From Trichlorobacter lovleyi SZ (GTDB lineage Bacteria; Desulfobacterota; Desulfuromonadia; Geobacterales; Pseudopelobacteraceae), in assembly GCF_000020385.1 (NCBI RefSeq), contig NC_010814.1, positions 90,001 through 122,000 of the forward strand: a stretch of DNA of 32,000 nt, in the 5' to 3' direction. Below are positions 9,871-18,741 of this stretch, in pieces (position 1 is the stretch's first letter; every line of letters starts with the position of its first letter). The translations under genes were made by a program, and so were the position numbers. Below the pieces are notes generated by a model that was not told the origin of the DNA, did not search any database, and was given only the letters and a program-made list of their open reading frames with translations.

Positions 9871-10443
9871 CTACTTTTTCAAGAGGCGGTAGGGATCGGC
9901 CCTGGTCAGCCAGGGGCTGTCAGGGTAGCCGGCTGCCAGCCGGTCATAGATGGCGACCAGATTGGCAACATCGTGGGTCTCGATATAGCGTGAGACGCCG
10001 TTCAGGTAGAGCGCCTCCGGGGCCTGGGGGCTTGCCGGATAGCGGTCGATGATGCTGCTGAAGCAGTCGCAGGCTGCCGGACGGTCAGGCTGGTTGAAGC
10101 GGGCCTTGCCGATGCCGAGCAGCAACGAGGGGATCAGCTCCTGCGGCGGATAAAAGCCAAGTGTACGGTACTGTTCCACCCCTTCTGCGTCAAGGATCAG
10201 CAGCGTTGGGGTCCACTTGATCCGGTAGCGCGGTCCCAGCAGCGGGTCGGCCGCTGCCAGCCGCAGGGGCACCAGGGTATCGTTTACAAATCCAATCACC
10301 TCGGCATCGATGTACGCGACCGCGTCCATCTGTTTGCAGCCGATTCAGTTGGGGTTGAAGAAATCGGCAAAGATCAGTTTATTTTCTGAGCGGGCCTTTT
10401 GGAGCCCCTCCTCAAACGATTCAATCCAGGCAATCTTTTCCAT
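9871..10443 (-). CDS. thioredoxin-fold protein, predicted selenoprotein (UxxC redox motif) with TPR-like tail
   Basis: The frame stays open from ATG 10443 (AGGAGAG SD) through a single in-frame TGA at 10345-10347 to stop 9871. Translation is MEKIAWIESFEEGLQKARSENKLIFADFFNPN-U-IGCKQMD..., and the U replaces the first Cys of the WCxxCKxMD motif of Thioredoxin_7/DUF255-like proteins. A SECIS-like hairpin lies downstream. Confidence 0.7.
10309..10330 (-). other. candidate bacterial SECIS stem-loop
   Basis: The minus-strand RNA GAUGGACGC-GGUC-GCGUACAUC starts 14 nt after the UGA. It has a 9-bp stem with one G/A mismatch and a GGUC apical loop. Confidence 0.55.
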
Positions 10444-10463
10444 GGCTCTCTCCTGTTGATTTT

Positions 10464-10967
10464 TCAGCCCTTCATCGCCCTGACCAGCAGCTCATAATCC
10501 TCCAGCAACGCCTGCAGGTCTTCCTCATGTTCAATCTCCTGCTGCAGGATGGTGAGGACCATGTTGTAGGTAACCGGGTCCTTGTCACGGGTGATGTCCA
10601 TCAGGCGTTTATAGACCCCGATGGCGCACTGCTCTCCCTTGATGTTCTGTTCCAGCAGGACCTTGACAAACGGGTCATCCGGGGCATCGTACCCGCAATT
10701 GGTATGCCGGTACCACTCCTCAGGTCTGGTAACCGGGGTTCCCCCCAGTTGAATGATCCGCATGGCCACCATGTCGGCATGCAGCAGCTCTTCGGTGGCA
10801 TGCTGCAACAGCTCGGCCCCGACCGCATCCTTCATCGGACCTTTGACCAGCTTGGCCCCCAGCCAGTACTGGTAGTAGGCCAGCCATTCATCGGAAAAGG
10901 CCCTGCGCAAAAGTTCCAGCAGCTCATCGACATCCATCCCGATAATTTCGCGTCCCTTTGATCCCAT
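10464..10967 (-). CDS. DPS-like (DPSL) ferritin-superfamily protein
   Basis: Four-helix ferritin-like sequence ending QQEIEHEEDL, with the Cys pair (HTNCGYDAP and GEQCAIGVY) that I recall as typical of the DPSL clade. AAGGAA SD. Confidence 0.8.
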   Translation of the reverse strand: MGSKGREIIGMDVDELLELLRRAFSDEWLAYYQYWLGAKLVKGPMKDAVGAELLQHATEELLHADMVAMRIIQLGGTPVTRPEEWYRHTNCGYDAPDDPFVKVLLEQNIKGEQCAIGVYKRLMDITRDKDPVTYNMVLTILQQEIEHEEDLQALLEDYELLVRAMKG

Positions 10968-10993
10968 GCGCGGTTTTCCTTTCGTTGGTGTGG

Positions 10994-11608
10994 TCAGGCG
11001 GTCAGTCTGGCGGTAATTTTTGCCACATGCGCCCCCTGAAACCGCGCAATGGCAAGCTCATTTTCAGAGGGGCGGCGGGAACCGTCGCCACCGGCCAGGG
11101 TGGTTGCCCCGTACGGGCTGCCGCCGCTGATTTCATCCATGGTCAGCAGACGTTGCTCCGTATAGGGGACACCAACGATAATCATGCCGTGGTGGAGCAG
11201 CGTGGAGTGAAAACTGGTGATGGTGGTCTCCTGGCCGCCGTGCTGGGTGGCGGTGCTGGCAAAGACGCTGCCGACCTTCCCCACCAGTCCGCCGCTCAGC
11301 CAGAGCTTGCCGGTCTGGTCCAGAAAATTGCGCATCTGGGCCGCCATGTTGCCGAAACGGGTCGGTGTGCCGAAGATGATGGCATCGGCCTCGGCCAGTC
11401 TCTCCACCGTGGCTGTCGGGATATGGGCAAAGGCGGCGCGGGCGGCTTTGGCCCCGTATTTTTCAAGTACCTCTTCGGAGATCAGTTCAGGCACCTGCAG
11501 CAGTTCCGCGCTGCAGCCCCCGACACTCCGCACGCCATCGGCAACGGCCTCGGCCATGGTATGGATGTGGCCGTACATGCTGTAAAACACGATCTGGATT
11601 TTTGACAT
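10994..11608 (-). CDS. wrbA: NAD(P)H:quinone oxidoreductase WrbA
   Basis: [22 protein letters not shown] is the flavodoxin-like WrbA N-terminus. Start set at ATG 11608 (CAGGAGG SD), not the extended ORF start at 11719. Confidence 0.9.
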   Translation of the reverse strand: MSKIQIVFYSMYGHIHTMAEAVADGVRSVGGCSAELLQVPELISEEVLEKYGAKAARAAFAHIPTATVERLAEADAIIFGTPTRFGNMAAQMRNFLDQTGKLWLSGGLVGKVGSVFASTATQHGGQETTITSFHSTLLHHGMIIVGVPYTEQRLLTMDEISGGSPYGATTLAGGDGSRRPSENELAIARFQGAHVAKITARLTA

Positions 11609-11897
11609 GACAACCTCCTGAGCAGATTTTCTATGGCGTATGCCACAGCGGTTACCAAGACAGTCTAACACAACTTGTGCATAACGCTTTCTATGCAATG
11701 CAGATGCCTGTTTTGTCATAATAATGATCTGTGCCGGCGGCTGGTCGGCAGGATGGCAGGAGCGTCTGGACGGCAGCAGTCTTGCATGGCGTTCGGTCTT
11801 GTTTGGCAGGGGGCAGGGACAACAAGAGAGGCTGTCGGTTCAGCCCTGATACGGTCTCATGCTGAGATCCGGTTTCAAATTGAGACCGTCTGTGAGA

Positions 11898-11942
11898 GAC
11901 GCTGTAGCCGCAGCTACCTGTTCTTTCTGCGGCTACAGCGTC
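11898..11942 (-). terminator. hairpin downstream of the OYE gene
   Basis: Perfect 16-bp inverted repeat GACGCTGTAGCCGCAG (11898-11913) / CTGCGGCTACAGCGTC (11927-11942), 19 nt after the OYE stop. No strong U-tract. Confidence 0.55.
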
Positions 11943-11960
11943 TGGTAGAAAATGTATTGC

Positions 11961-13055
11961 TTACGGCATGGCAGGATAGTCGGTGTAACCGGCCGGACCC
12001 GGTGAATAAAAGGTCGTCTGGTCCGGCAGCGCCAGCGGATAACCGGCCTTGATCCGTGCCACCAGATCCGGGTTGGCGATGAAGGGGCGCCCAAAGGCGA
12101 TCAGATCTGCTGCGCCGCTCTGCAGGTCAGCCTCGGCCCGTTCTCCATCATAGCCACCGGAAAGGATCACCCCAGCGCCGCCGCCGGCACGGAAGGCCCG
12201 GCACATGGCCTGCACCGTGGCCGGTTCAGGTCTGGGTGCCCCCATGGCAGAGTGATCCACCAGATGCAGGTAGGTCAGCCCCAACCCGCCTGCTGCTGCA
12301 GCCAGTGCGACATACTGATCGGCAATCCCGTCGTAGGCGCCGCTCATCTCATTGAAGACACCATAGGGTGAAAGCCGGATACCAACCCGCTCTGCCCCGA
12401 TTTCAGCGATTACGGCAGCAGCGACATCCAGGGCAAAGCGGTTACGGCACGCAGCATCGCCGCCATACTCATCACTGCGCCGGTTTGAACCGGGATCAAG
12501 GAACTGATTGATCAGATAGCCGTTGGCGCCATGCACCTCAACACCGTCAAATCCGGCTGCCAGGGCATTTTGGGCTGCCAGCACATACTCGTTAATGGTC
12601 TGCTCGATCTCATGCAGGCGCATCTCCCGCGGCGGATCATAGGGCTGCTCACCCTGGCTGTCGGTCCAGATCTTGCCGCTCAGGGCACATGCCGAGGGAG
12701 CCACCAGTTCTGCACCCGGCGGCAGATTGAGTCTGCTGCCCACCCGGCCGCAATGCATCAGCTGCATGAAGATCCGGGCGCCACCGGCATGGGCGGCATC
12801 AGCTACCCGTTGCCAGCCCGCGGTCTGCTGCGGGGAAAAGGCACCGGGGATCCGGGCGTAACCAAGCCCGTTGGGGGATGGCGAGGTCCCCTCGGTGATG
12901 ATCAGACCGGCACCCGAGCGCTGGCCGTAATAATCGGCCATCAGGCTGTTCGGCAGATTATCCGTGGCCCGCGAACGGGTCATGGGCGACATGACGACCC
13001 GGTTCTGCAGCTTGACGGTACCCAGTGTGTACGCTGAAAAAAGTTTCATGGTCAT
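11961..13055 (-). CDS. NADH:flavin oxidoreductase, Old Yellow Enzyme family (alkene reductase)
   Basis: SPMTRSRA and HGANGYLINQFL motifs; 364 aa. Confidence 0.9.
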   Translation of the reverse strand: MTMKLFSAYTLGTVKLQNRVVMSPMTRSRATDNLPNSLMADYYGQRSGAGLIITEGTSPSPNGLGYARIPGAFSPQQTAGWQRVADAAHAGGARIFMQLMHCGRVGSRLNLPPGAELVAPSACALSGKIWTDSQGEQPYDPPREMRLHEIEQTINEYVLAAQNALAAGFDGVEVHGANGYLINQFLDPGSNRRSDEYGGDAACRNRFALDVAAAVIAEIGAERVGIRLSPYGVFNEMSGAYDGIADQYVALAAAAGGLGLTYLHLVDHSAMGAPRPEPATVQAMCRAFRAGGGAGVILSGGYDGERAEADLQSGAADLIAFGRPFIANPDLVARIKAGYPLALPDQTTFYSPGPAGYTDYPAMP

Positions 13056-13080
13056 GTTCCTCCTTCACCGATTAGAGCTG

Positions 13081-15420
13081 TCAGCAGCCCGGAAGATGCC
13101 GCTTGAGTTCCTGCAGCAGGACCTCAAGGGGGATCGGTTTGATCAGGCAGCCGTCAAACCCCTGGTGTGCCACCTGTTCCTTGATCTGCACCGAGGCATG
13201 CCCGGTCAGGGCAATGATCGGCAGATGCCTGTGTGTGTCCCGCTCCTTCTGCCGGATCACCCCGACCGCCTCGATGCCGCTTACGACCGGCATGCTCACG
13301 TCCATCAGAATCAGGTCAAAGTCGTGCTGTTCCCACAGTTGCAGGGCCTCCTGGCCGTCACGGGCCTGAACGACCGTATGGCCGAATTTTTCCAGCAGCC
13401 TGCTGGTGAACTTCAGGTTGATCTCATGGTCATCGGCAAGCAGGATGCGCAGTGGAGGGCCATCCCATTCCGTTGCGGCCGGCGGAGGCGCGTCAAGCGG
13501 ACATTCCGCGTCTTGCTGCGTGCAGAGGGAAAACGGTGCTGCCAGATGGAAGGTGCTGCCACCCCCTGCAACGCTCTCGGCCCACAACTGCCCGCCCATC
13601 ATGGTGACCAGCCGTTTGCAGATTGCCAGGCCCAGGCCGGTGCCGCCGTATTTTTTGGTCAGGGAGGTTTCTGCCTGGGTAAACGGTTCAAAAATCATTT
13701 CAAGCATCTGGGGAGAGATCCCGATGCCGGTATCCTTGACATCGATCTCAAGTAGCAACTGGTCGTTGTGCTGCTCTTTCAGCCTCACCGATACGGTAAT
13801 GCCGCCCGTCTCCGTAAATTTGACCGCATTGCCGAGCAGGTTGAGCAGTATCTGCTTGAAACGGGTCTGGTCGCCTTTCAGGCAATCCGGCACACTGTCC
13901 GGGATCTGCAGCTCTATCTGCAGGCCCTTGGACTGTGCCAGTGATTTCAGCGATTTGATAACGCCGTCAATACTCGCACGCAGCCTGAAGTCCAAAGACT
14001 CAAGCGTGATCTTGCCGGCTTCGATCTTGGAGAGATCAAGCACATCATTCAGCAGCGACAGCAAGGTGCTGGAGGATGATTTGATATCGGCCAGGTAGTC
14101 CTTCTGTTCACCGGTCAAGCGGGTAAACTCAAGCAGCTGTGCCGTGCCGACGATGCCGTTGAGGGGGGTGCGGATTTCGTGGCTCATGTTGGCCAGAAAC
14201 GCGCTTTTGGCACGGTTGGCTGCCTCGGCAGCCAGTCTGGCCTGTCTGGCCTCTTCCTGTGCCTGCACCAGCTGGCCGATGTCGACAAAGGCGGCTACCA
14301 CACCGGTTATGCTGCCGCTGGCATCCCTTAACGGCACGGCATTGCCGTAGACCGAGACGCAGTCTCCGTTGTCGAAGAGGATCTCTTCTTCAAAGTTGCA
14401 GACCGGCATCCCGGTTGCTATCGCCTGTTGCAGCGGTAATTCCGCAACGGACAGCTCCTTGCCCTGGTGCAACACCTTGAAATGACTGGTCTTGGCATCA
14501 GGATTGCTTTTTGAGGTATTGCTGCCGTACTCCATCCGCAGCAGCTCGTAGGCGGCATGGTTGCCGGTGATGACGTGACAGTGCGGGTCATGGCTGATCA
14601 GAACGGCGGCCGGAACTGCCTGCATCAACGCCTCCAGCTCAGCCAGGCGGGCATGCTCAACTTCGGCATTTCTTTTCAGCTCCGCTTCGGCTTCCTTGCG
14701 CTTGCTGATCTCCCGGACCAGGCTGAGCAGGATCCGGTCATCACCGATATCAACACCGCAGGAGCTGACCTCCACCGGAAATGCCCTGCCCTCTTTGGTG
14801 CGGTGTACGGTCTCAAAGAGGATCCCGTGGGTGTCTGCCTCCTCCATCTGGGCAGGTGCAGGTGCTGCACAATCCGGCGTCCTGAGGTCATATATCGTCA
14901 TGCCCAGCAGCTCATCATGGCTGTAGCCGTAGGTCCTGACAGCCGCATCATTCGCCTCCAGGATGCGGCCGTCGCCCCGCCGGATAAACAGGGCGATGTC
15001 GCGGCTGTACTTGGAGAGCAGCTCATAACGCCGCAGGACATCTTCAGCCTGCTTGAGCTTGGTGATATCCTCGGAAAAAATAACGATACCGCCAATCTCG
15101 TCAGGGGTGACGAACCAGGGCCGGATTTCCCAGCGCAACCACTGGACGGTGCCGTCAGCACGCACAAAACGGTCTGAGTCTGCAGACAGGGACTCTCCTG
15201 CAAGACAGCGGCTATGCAGCTCTTTCCAGCGCTGCTGGATTTCAGGAAAGACATCATAGTGCGACAGGCCCCGCAGGTCCCGGTCACCCAGCCGGTAGTC
15301 AGTCAGCCAGCGGCGGCTGACATACAGGTAACGCATCTCACGATCAAACATGGCCAGGGCTGCCGGCGCATATTCGACAAAGAGCCGCAGCTTCTCTTCA
15401 TTCATCCGTAGTTCTTCCAT
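13081..15420 (-). CDS. hybrid sensor histidine kinase (multiple PAS, HisKA, HATPase_c, C-terminal receiver)
   Basis: H-box [12 protein letters not shown]-box [10 protein letters not shown]-boxes DTGIGI and GGTGLGL, and a receiver with LILMDVSMP. The N-terminal half is PAS-like. Confidence 0.9.
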   Translation of the reverse strand: MEELRMNEEKLRLFVEYAPAALAMFDREMRYLYVSRRWLTDYRLGDRDLRGLSHYDVFPEIQQRWKELHSRCLAGESLSADSDRFVRADGTVQWLRWEIRPWFVTPDEIGGIVIFSEDITKLKQAEDVLRRYELLSKYSRDIALFIRRGDGRILEANDAAVRTYGYSHDELLGMTIYDLRTPDCAAPAPAQMEEADTHGILFETVHRTKEGRAFPVEVSSCGVDIGDDRILLSLVREISKRKEAEAELKRNAEVEHARLAELEALMQAVPAAVLISHDPHCHVITGNHAAYELLRMEYGSNTSKSNPDAKTSHFKVLHQGKELSVAELPLQQAIATGMPVCNFEEEILFDNGDCVSVYGNAVPLRDASGSITGVVAAFVDIGQLVQAQEEARQARLAAEAANRAKSAFLANMSHEIRTPLNGIVGTAQLLEFTRLTGEQKDYLADIKSSSSTLLSLLNDVLDLSKIEAGKITLESLDFRLRASIDGVIKSLKSLAQSKGLQIELQIPDSVPDCLKGDQTRFKQILLNLLGNAVKFTETGGITVSVRLKEQHNDQLLLEIDVKDTGIGISPQMLEMIFEPFTQAETSLTKKYGGTGLGLAICKRLVTMMGGQLWAESVAGGGSTFHLAAPFSLCTQQDAECPLDAPPPAATEWDGPPLRILLADDHEINLKFTSRLLEKFGHTVVQARDGQEALQLWEQHDFDLILMDVSMPVVSGIEAVGVIRQKERDTHRHLPIIALTGHASVQIKEQVAHQGFDGCLIKPIPLEVLLQELKRHLPGC

Positions 15421-15729
15421 CAGTGTAACGGCCCCTTATCAGCGGTTAACGGTCAGGCGGTGAGGCTGCAGTCATGATAACAACAAGAGAGTTTCATCTT
15501 GTTTTATCACTCTGTTGCGCCCTGTCCAGTCCTTGAGCCGGTTCTGCATCAACAAAATTATTCAGGCAGGTCTGTGCGATCCTGTCTTTGTTCAGCATAC
15601 CCTGAAACCGCGACGACAACAAATTTGAATCGTTGTCTCTGCCGGGCTGTGCTGTATACGTTTCATGATGACCTATCCTGTCACAGCCCTGTGCTATACT
15701 CCCCGACATAATTTTTAAGGAGAGCTTCT

Positions 15730-17019
15730 GTGGCAACGGATCTGATGGACAGGCTGAAAATACTGGCAGACGGGGCAAAATACGATGTCTCCTGTTCTTC
15801 CAGCGGCAGCTCCCGCAGTAACAGCAACGGGATCGGTTCTGCTGCTTCCTGCGGTATCTGCCACAGCTGGACCAGTGATGGTCGCTGTGTCTCCCTGCTC
15901 AAGATCCTGATGACCAACCGCTGCATCTACGACTGCGCCTACTGCGTCAACCGCCGCAGCAATGACGTGCAACGTGTGGCGCTTTCTCCGGCCGAGGTGG
16001 CAGAGCTGACCATCGGCTTTTACCGCCGCAACTACATTGAAGGGCTCTTTCTCAGTACCGGCGTGGTCCGTTCTGCCGACTACACCATGGAACTGCTGAT
16101 TCAGGCAGTACGTACCCTGCGGGAGCAGTACCGTTTTAACGGCTACATCCATCTCAAGCTGGTGCCGGGTGCTGATCCGCTGCTGGTGCAGCAGGCCGGG
16201 CTCTGGGCGGACCGGGTCAGCGTCAATCTGGAACTGCCCACCCGTGAAAGTCTGCAACTGCTGGCACCGGATAAAACCCGTGATAGCGTGGTGGAGCCGA
16301 TGCGTCAGGTCAGCAACCTGATCACAACCAATCGGGCCGAGCGGAAGCAGTCCCGCAAGGTAGCCCGCTTTGCGCCGGCTGGTCAGAGCACTCAGCTGAT
16401 CGTGGGGGCCACGGGTGAATCTGACCGCCAGATTGTGACCCTGTCGGAACAGCTTTACCAGCGGCTTGATCTGAAGCGGGTCTACTACTCCGCCTTTATC
16501 CCCGCCGTGGCCGACAGCCGTCTGCCTGCCCGGCCCGAGGCTCCGCTCAAGCGTGAACATCGCCTGTACCAGGCCGACTGGTTGCTGCGCTACTACGGCT
16601 TCTCGGCCCATGAGCTGCTGGATGAGGGCTCCCCTAATCTGGACAGCGAGCTTGATCCCAAGACCGGCTGGGCCCTGCGCCATATTGAGCTGTTTCCGGT
16701 GGAGATCAATCGGGCCAGTTACGAAGAACTGTTGCGGGTGCCGGGGGTGGGAGTGCTGTCTGCCCAACGGATTGTCCGGGCCAGACGGCAAGGACATCTG
16801 GGACTGGATGATCTGTTCCGACTGGGAGTGGTAATGAAGCGGGCCCGCTACTTTATCACGGCCCGCGGCAGATCGCTGGAAGCTGCAGCGCTGGACAGCA
16901 GCAGCCTGCGCAGTCGCTTGATCGACAGAACAATGAGCCGGAAGCCACAGCAGCTCAGCCTTGATTTCAGTAATCCGGTTGACGACGAAACCCGCAGCCT
17001 GATTACGGGTGAACTGTAA
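15730..17019 (+). CDS. putative DNA modification/repair radical SAM protein (TIGR03916-like)
   Basis: N-terminus LKILADGAKYDVSC, CxxxCxxC as CIYDCAYC, and a C-terminal helix-hairpin-helix LLRVPGVGVLSAQRIV. GTG start with AAGGAGAG SD. The antisense ORF 15715..16797 is a shadow. Confidence 0.85.
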   Translation: MATDLMDRLKILADGAKYDVSCSSSGSSRSNSNGIGSAASCGICHSWTSDGRCVSLLKILMTNRCIYDCAYCVNRRSNDVQRVALSPAEVAELTIGFYRRNYIEGLFLSTGVVRSADYTMELLIQAVRTLREQYRFNGYIHLKLVPGADPLLVQQAGLWADRVSVNLELPTRESLQLLAPDKTRDSVVEPMRQVSNLITTNRAERKQSRKVARFAPAGQSTQLIVGATGESDRQIVTLSEQLYQRLDLKRVYYSAFIPAVADSRLPARPEAPLKREHRLYQADWLLRYYGFSAHELLDEGSPNLDSELDPKTGWALRHIELFPVEINRASYEELLRVPGVGVLSAQRIVRARRQGHLGLDDLFRLGVVMKRARYFITARGRSLEAAALDSSSLRSRLIDRTMSRKPQQLSLDFSNPVDDETRSLITGEL

Positions 17020-17768
17020 TGTCCGGTTGTTACTGCTATGACGGCACCCTGGCCGGGCTGCTGACCCTCTATGCCCGGTTATTGCCGGAACGGGTTGCCG
17101 TGGAACGGATCAGTGCTACCCCGCCTGATCAGCAGAGCCTGTTCAGCAGCGAGATCTGCATTGCCACGGATCAGGCCGTGGCAGAGGCGTTCTGGCAGCG
17201 TCTGACCAAACGTCTCTCCGGCAATTCACTCAAACTGTTGCGGCGCTGCCTGCTGGCTGATCATCCCCAACAGGAACTGCTGATCTACCACTATCTTCTG
17301 TTGGAGGCTGAACAGGGCTGGAAGGTTGACGGAATGCTGGCCCATCCACAGGTAGCACCGGTCTGGAAGCTGTCCCGGCAGGTGGGACGGGAGGCGCACC
17401 GCTACCTGGGCTTTGTCAGGTTTCAGCAGCTGCAGGACGGGCTGTACTATGCCGCCATTGCGCCGGATCATCGGATTCTGTTGCTGATCGGGGCCCACTT
17501 TGCCGAGCGGTTCCGTGACCAGCAGTGGATAATCCATGATCAGCGCCATGGTGAAGGAATTGTGTACGACTGTAACAGTAAGGAGTGGCTGCTGCTGCCG
17601 ATGGAGGTAACCGCCCAACCTGATGTCACTCCAGAGGAGGCTCAGTTTCAGAAGCTGTGGCACAGTTACTTCACCACCCTGGCCATCCCGGAACGCAGGA
17701 ATCTGAAGCTGCAGCAGGGCAAGGTACCGCTGAAGGTGCGGAGCTACCTGACGGAGTTTACGGTGTAA
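17019..17768 (+). CDS. TIGR03915-like probable DNA metabolism protein (DUF4130), partner of the radical SAM protein
   Basis: Its start overlaps the upstream stop (TAATG). The N-terminus YDGTLAGLLT is typical of the family. There is no fused uracil-DNA-glycosylase domain. Confidence 0.8.
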   Translation: MSGCYCYDGTLAGLLTLYARLLPERVAVERISATPPDQQSLFSSEICIATDQAVAEAFWQRLTKRLSGNSLKLLRRCLLADHPQQELLIYHYLLLEAEQGWKVDGMLAHPQVAPVWKLSRQVGREAHRYLGFVRFQQLQDGLYYAAIAPDHRILLLIGAHFAERFRDQQWIIHDQRHGEGIVYDCNSKEWLLLPMEVTAQPDVTPEEAQFQKLWHSYFTTLAIPERRNLKLQQGKVPLKVRSYLTEFTV

Positions 17769-18267
17769 GGGTAGCAGTCATATGGGCGCGCAGGTCGTAG
17801 CTGGCCGGAAGTGAGCCGCAATACAGGTTGAACTTGTATTTTTCGCAGTACATGTGCCGCTGCAGCTTATCGCCGCTCACCACATCCTTGACACTGTACT
17901 GTATCCAGAGTCCCTGGCCGTCAGGAAACTGCTGTGCCTTTGCCAGCGCCTTGCCGGGATAGGCACCGTCGGCATCCGGCGTGGTCATGATATTGTGGCC
18001 GCTCACAAAAGGGGTGGGATGATAGCGCACTACCCCCATGCTCTTCGGTTCAAGCGATATCTCTGAAAATACGGTCTTCTTGCCCAACTGCTTCCGCTTC
18101 TCCTTCATCTTGCTGATGGCGATACTCTCGTTTTCGCAGCCGGTAACCACAATCTCATGCACGGCATGCACAACCGCAGCATAGGCGGCGGGCAGAGAGG
18201 AATCGGCCGGTGATCCAAGGCAGACACAGGCGGGTAGGGTGATAACGCGTAGCAAGAATTTTTTCAT
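17758..18267 (-). CDS. secreted hypothetical protein
   Basis: 169 aa with an N-terminal signal-like segment MKKFLLRVITLPACVCLG. The 3' end overlaps the convergent gene by 11 nt. Confidence 0.55.
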   Translation of the reverse strand: MKKFLLRVITLPACVCLGSPADSSLPAAYAAVVHAVHEIVVTGCENESIAISKMKEKRKQLGKKTVFSEISLEPKSMGVVRYHPTPFVSGHNIMTTPDADGAYPGKALAKAQQFPDGQGLWIQYSVKDVVSGDKLQRHMYCEKYKFNLYCGSLPASYDLRAHMTATLTP

Positions 18268-18413
18268 GGGCTAAAACAAGATCGTTATGCACGAACAGTG
18301 TGCGAACGGCATGCTCCTTTGCTGCTCAGCGGCCTGCAAAACAGGCGGTATTTTGTGCCGGGCGGGCGGCGCATCGGCTTACCCGGGCGCCGCCCGGTTG
18401 ATTCCGGCCACGC

Positions 18414-18716
18414 TTACTGGAGCTTTTCAGCGCCGGCCGGCAGATCCTCTTCCAGCACCTTGACGTAGCCCCGTACCCCCATGCAATCCTTCATCCGGGT
18501 GGAAATTACCTCTTTGTCACCCCGTTTGTCCATATGCTTGGCAAACAGGGCCGCCTCCTCCTCGCACTGCAGATGATCCTGCTTGAATGCCGCCTGATCC
18601 CTGCCGGCCTGATACCAGACATAACTGGCCCCGCCGCAGCCGCCGAGCAGCAGGCAACCGGCGCTTGCGCAGCCCAGCAGCACCATTTTAATTCCCAGAC
18701 AGGTAACCTGTTTCAT
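18414..18716 (-). CDS. small lipoprotein with two-Cys module
   Basis: Start set at ATG 18716 (GGAGGA SD). MKQVTCLGIKMVLLGC is a lipobox. It lies 26 nt downstream of the thaumatin-like gene and shares a C-x26-C module with that protein's N-terminus. Confidence 0.65.
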   Translation of the reverse strand: MKQVTCLGIKMVLLGCASAGCLLLGGCGGASYVWYQAGRDQAAFKQDHLQCEEEAALFAKHMDKRGDKEVISTRMKDCMGVRGYVKVLEEDLPAGAEKLQ

Positions 18717-18741
18717 ACTGTCCTCCAAAAGAGTCTGCCGG

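Noticed and set aside
11678-11729. Fur/PerR-like box (TCATAATAATGATC at 11716-11729) and TGCATA-N8-TATGCA (11678-11697) upstream of the wrbA-DPSL operon.
   Set aside because: The AT-rich 14-mer does not fit the 7-1-7 or hexamer-repeat Fur/PerR consensus well enough. I keep it only as a hint, mentioned under the operon finding.
15421-15729. Searched the divergent promoter region for an SOS/LexA box ahead of the DNA-repair-like radical SAM operon. Noted CTGTCACAG, duplicated CTGTGCT(G)TATAC, and an imperfect hairpin GATAACAACAAGA...TCTTGTTTTATC.
   Set aside because: Nothing matches CTGT-N8-ACAG, GAAC-N7-GAAC, CGAAC-N4-GTTCG, or the GGTT-N2-C-N4-G-N3-ACC type pattern I recall for Geobacter. The repeats are short and may simply be promoter elements.
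15715-16797. 360-aa ORF antisense to the radical SAM gene. Similar long antisense ORFs include 2628..3476, 8061..8585, 26577..27398, 13406..14098, 29162..29794 and 20535..21182.
   Set aside because: They are R/G/A/P/Q/H-rich with low-complexity composition and no motifs. Each exactly overlaps a gene with clear family signatures on the other strand. These are typical shadow ORFs of GC-rich DNA.
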